A stretch of DNA of 64,000 bases from NCBI GenBank assembly GCA_002104905.1, contig MCFE01000026.1, positions 166,791-230,790 of the forward strand, read 5' to 3'. Each line of letters begins with the position of its first letter. The first letter of the stretch is position 1. The DNA comes from Basidiobolus meristosporus CBS 931.73. Its lineage: Eukaryota; Fungi; Basidiobolomycota. The notes under the pieces are model-generated. The model saw only the letters and a program-made list of their open reading frames with translations. It ran no database searches and was not told where the DNA came from. The position numbers and the translations under genes were made by a program. Shown in pieces: positions 63,712-64,000 of the stretch.

Positions 63712-63780
63712 ATCCAGAGTTTCAGCTTCAAATTTCAATTTTTGAGATTTTTGGGTGATTTTTGATGGGCGGGATCAAAA

Positions 63781-64000
63781 TTAGGGTTAGGGTTGCGCGC
63801 TGTGACTGCTTTAGGGTTAGGGTTAGGGTTAGGGTTAGGGTTAGGGTTAGGGTTAGGGTTAGGGTTAGGGTTAGGGTTAGGGTTAGGGTTAGGGTTAGGG
63901 TTAGGGTTAGGGTTAGGGTTAGGGTTAGGGTTAGGGTTAGGGTTAGGGTTAGGGTTAGGGTTAGGGTTAGGGTTAGGGTTAGGGTTAGGGTTAGGGTTAG
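63781..64000 (+). repeat. Telomeric (TTAGGG)n array, interrupted once by a 16-bp non-telomeric segment
   Basis: TTAGGGTTAGGGTT 63781-63794, GCGCGCTGTGACTGCT 63795-63810, then perfect TTAGGG repeats from 63811 to the end of the window. Confidence 0.99.

Larger units (their letters stand above)
59373..63780 (-). mobile_element. Apparently full-length telomere-associated non-LTR retrotransposon (ORF1 + APE-RT ORF2)
   Basis: Flanked by TAGGGTTAGGG proximally and (TTAGGG)n distally. Two intact ORFs, no LTR or TIR, 3' end is AATAAA + stem-loop + C-run rather than poly(A). Confidence 0.95.

Noticed and set aside
59373-63780. Classification as LTR, Penelope-like or MoTeR/CRE-type element
   Set aside because: No LTRs, integrase, GIY-YIG or C-terminal restriction-like nuclease; an N-terminal APE domain is present.

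Overview
Right-hand end of a chromosome from an intron-rich fungus. An early-diverging lineage is inferred from genes absent in budding yeast: CEP135, gamma-SNAP, Gemin7, GSKIP, BORCS8-like, TFB1M-like and eL28. Bases 1-55 kb are gene-dense: rps26, TPS2, rpl20, TFB1M-like, rpl28, Rab escort protein, RER1, G-beta, a GPCR, a serine carboxypeptidase, IQGAP, PRP43, a bHLH factor, CEP135, PIG-B, an HPP protein, a p24 protein and an intronless APH-family kinase. This part also holds a family of 7 genes plus 1 pseudogene encoding Ser/Pro/Thr-rich GPI-anchored surface proteins, in two oppositely oriented clusters with mosaic sequences. The last ~8 kb holds the most unusual system. An intact 4.4-kb APE+RT non-LTR retrotransposon abuts the (TTAGGG)n telomere with its 5' end distal. 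Its 3' end is a C-run fused to telomeric hexamers. Its ORF2 has no usable ATG and is in frame with ORF1 behind a single UGA-CUA readthrough-type stop, and I found no CpG in either ORF. Proximal to it lie three 5'-truncated copies in the same orientation and a diverged ORF1-only relative that shares the 3' stem-loop, a possible HeT-A/TART-like pair. All family assignments are by eye from motifs; no database searches were run, and exon boundaries are manual.
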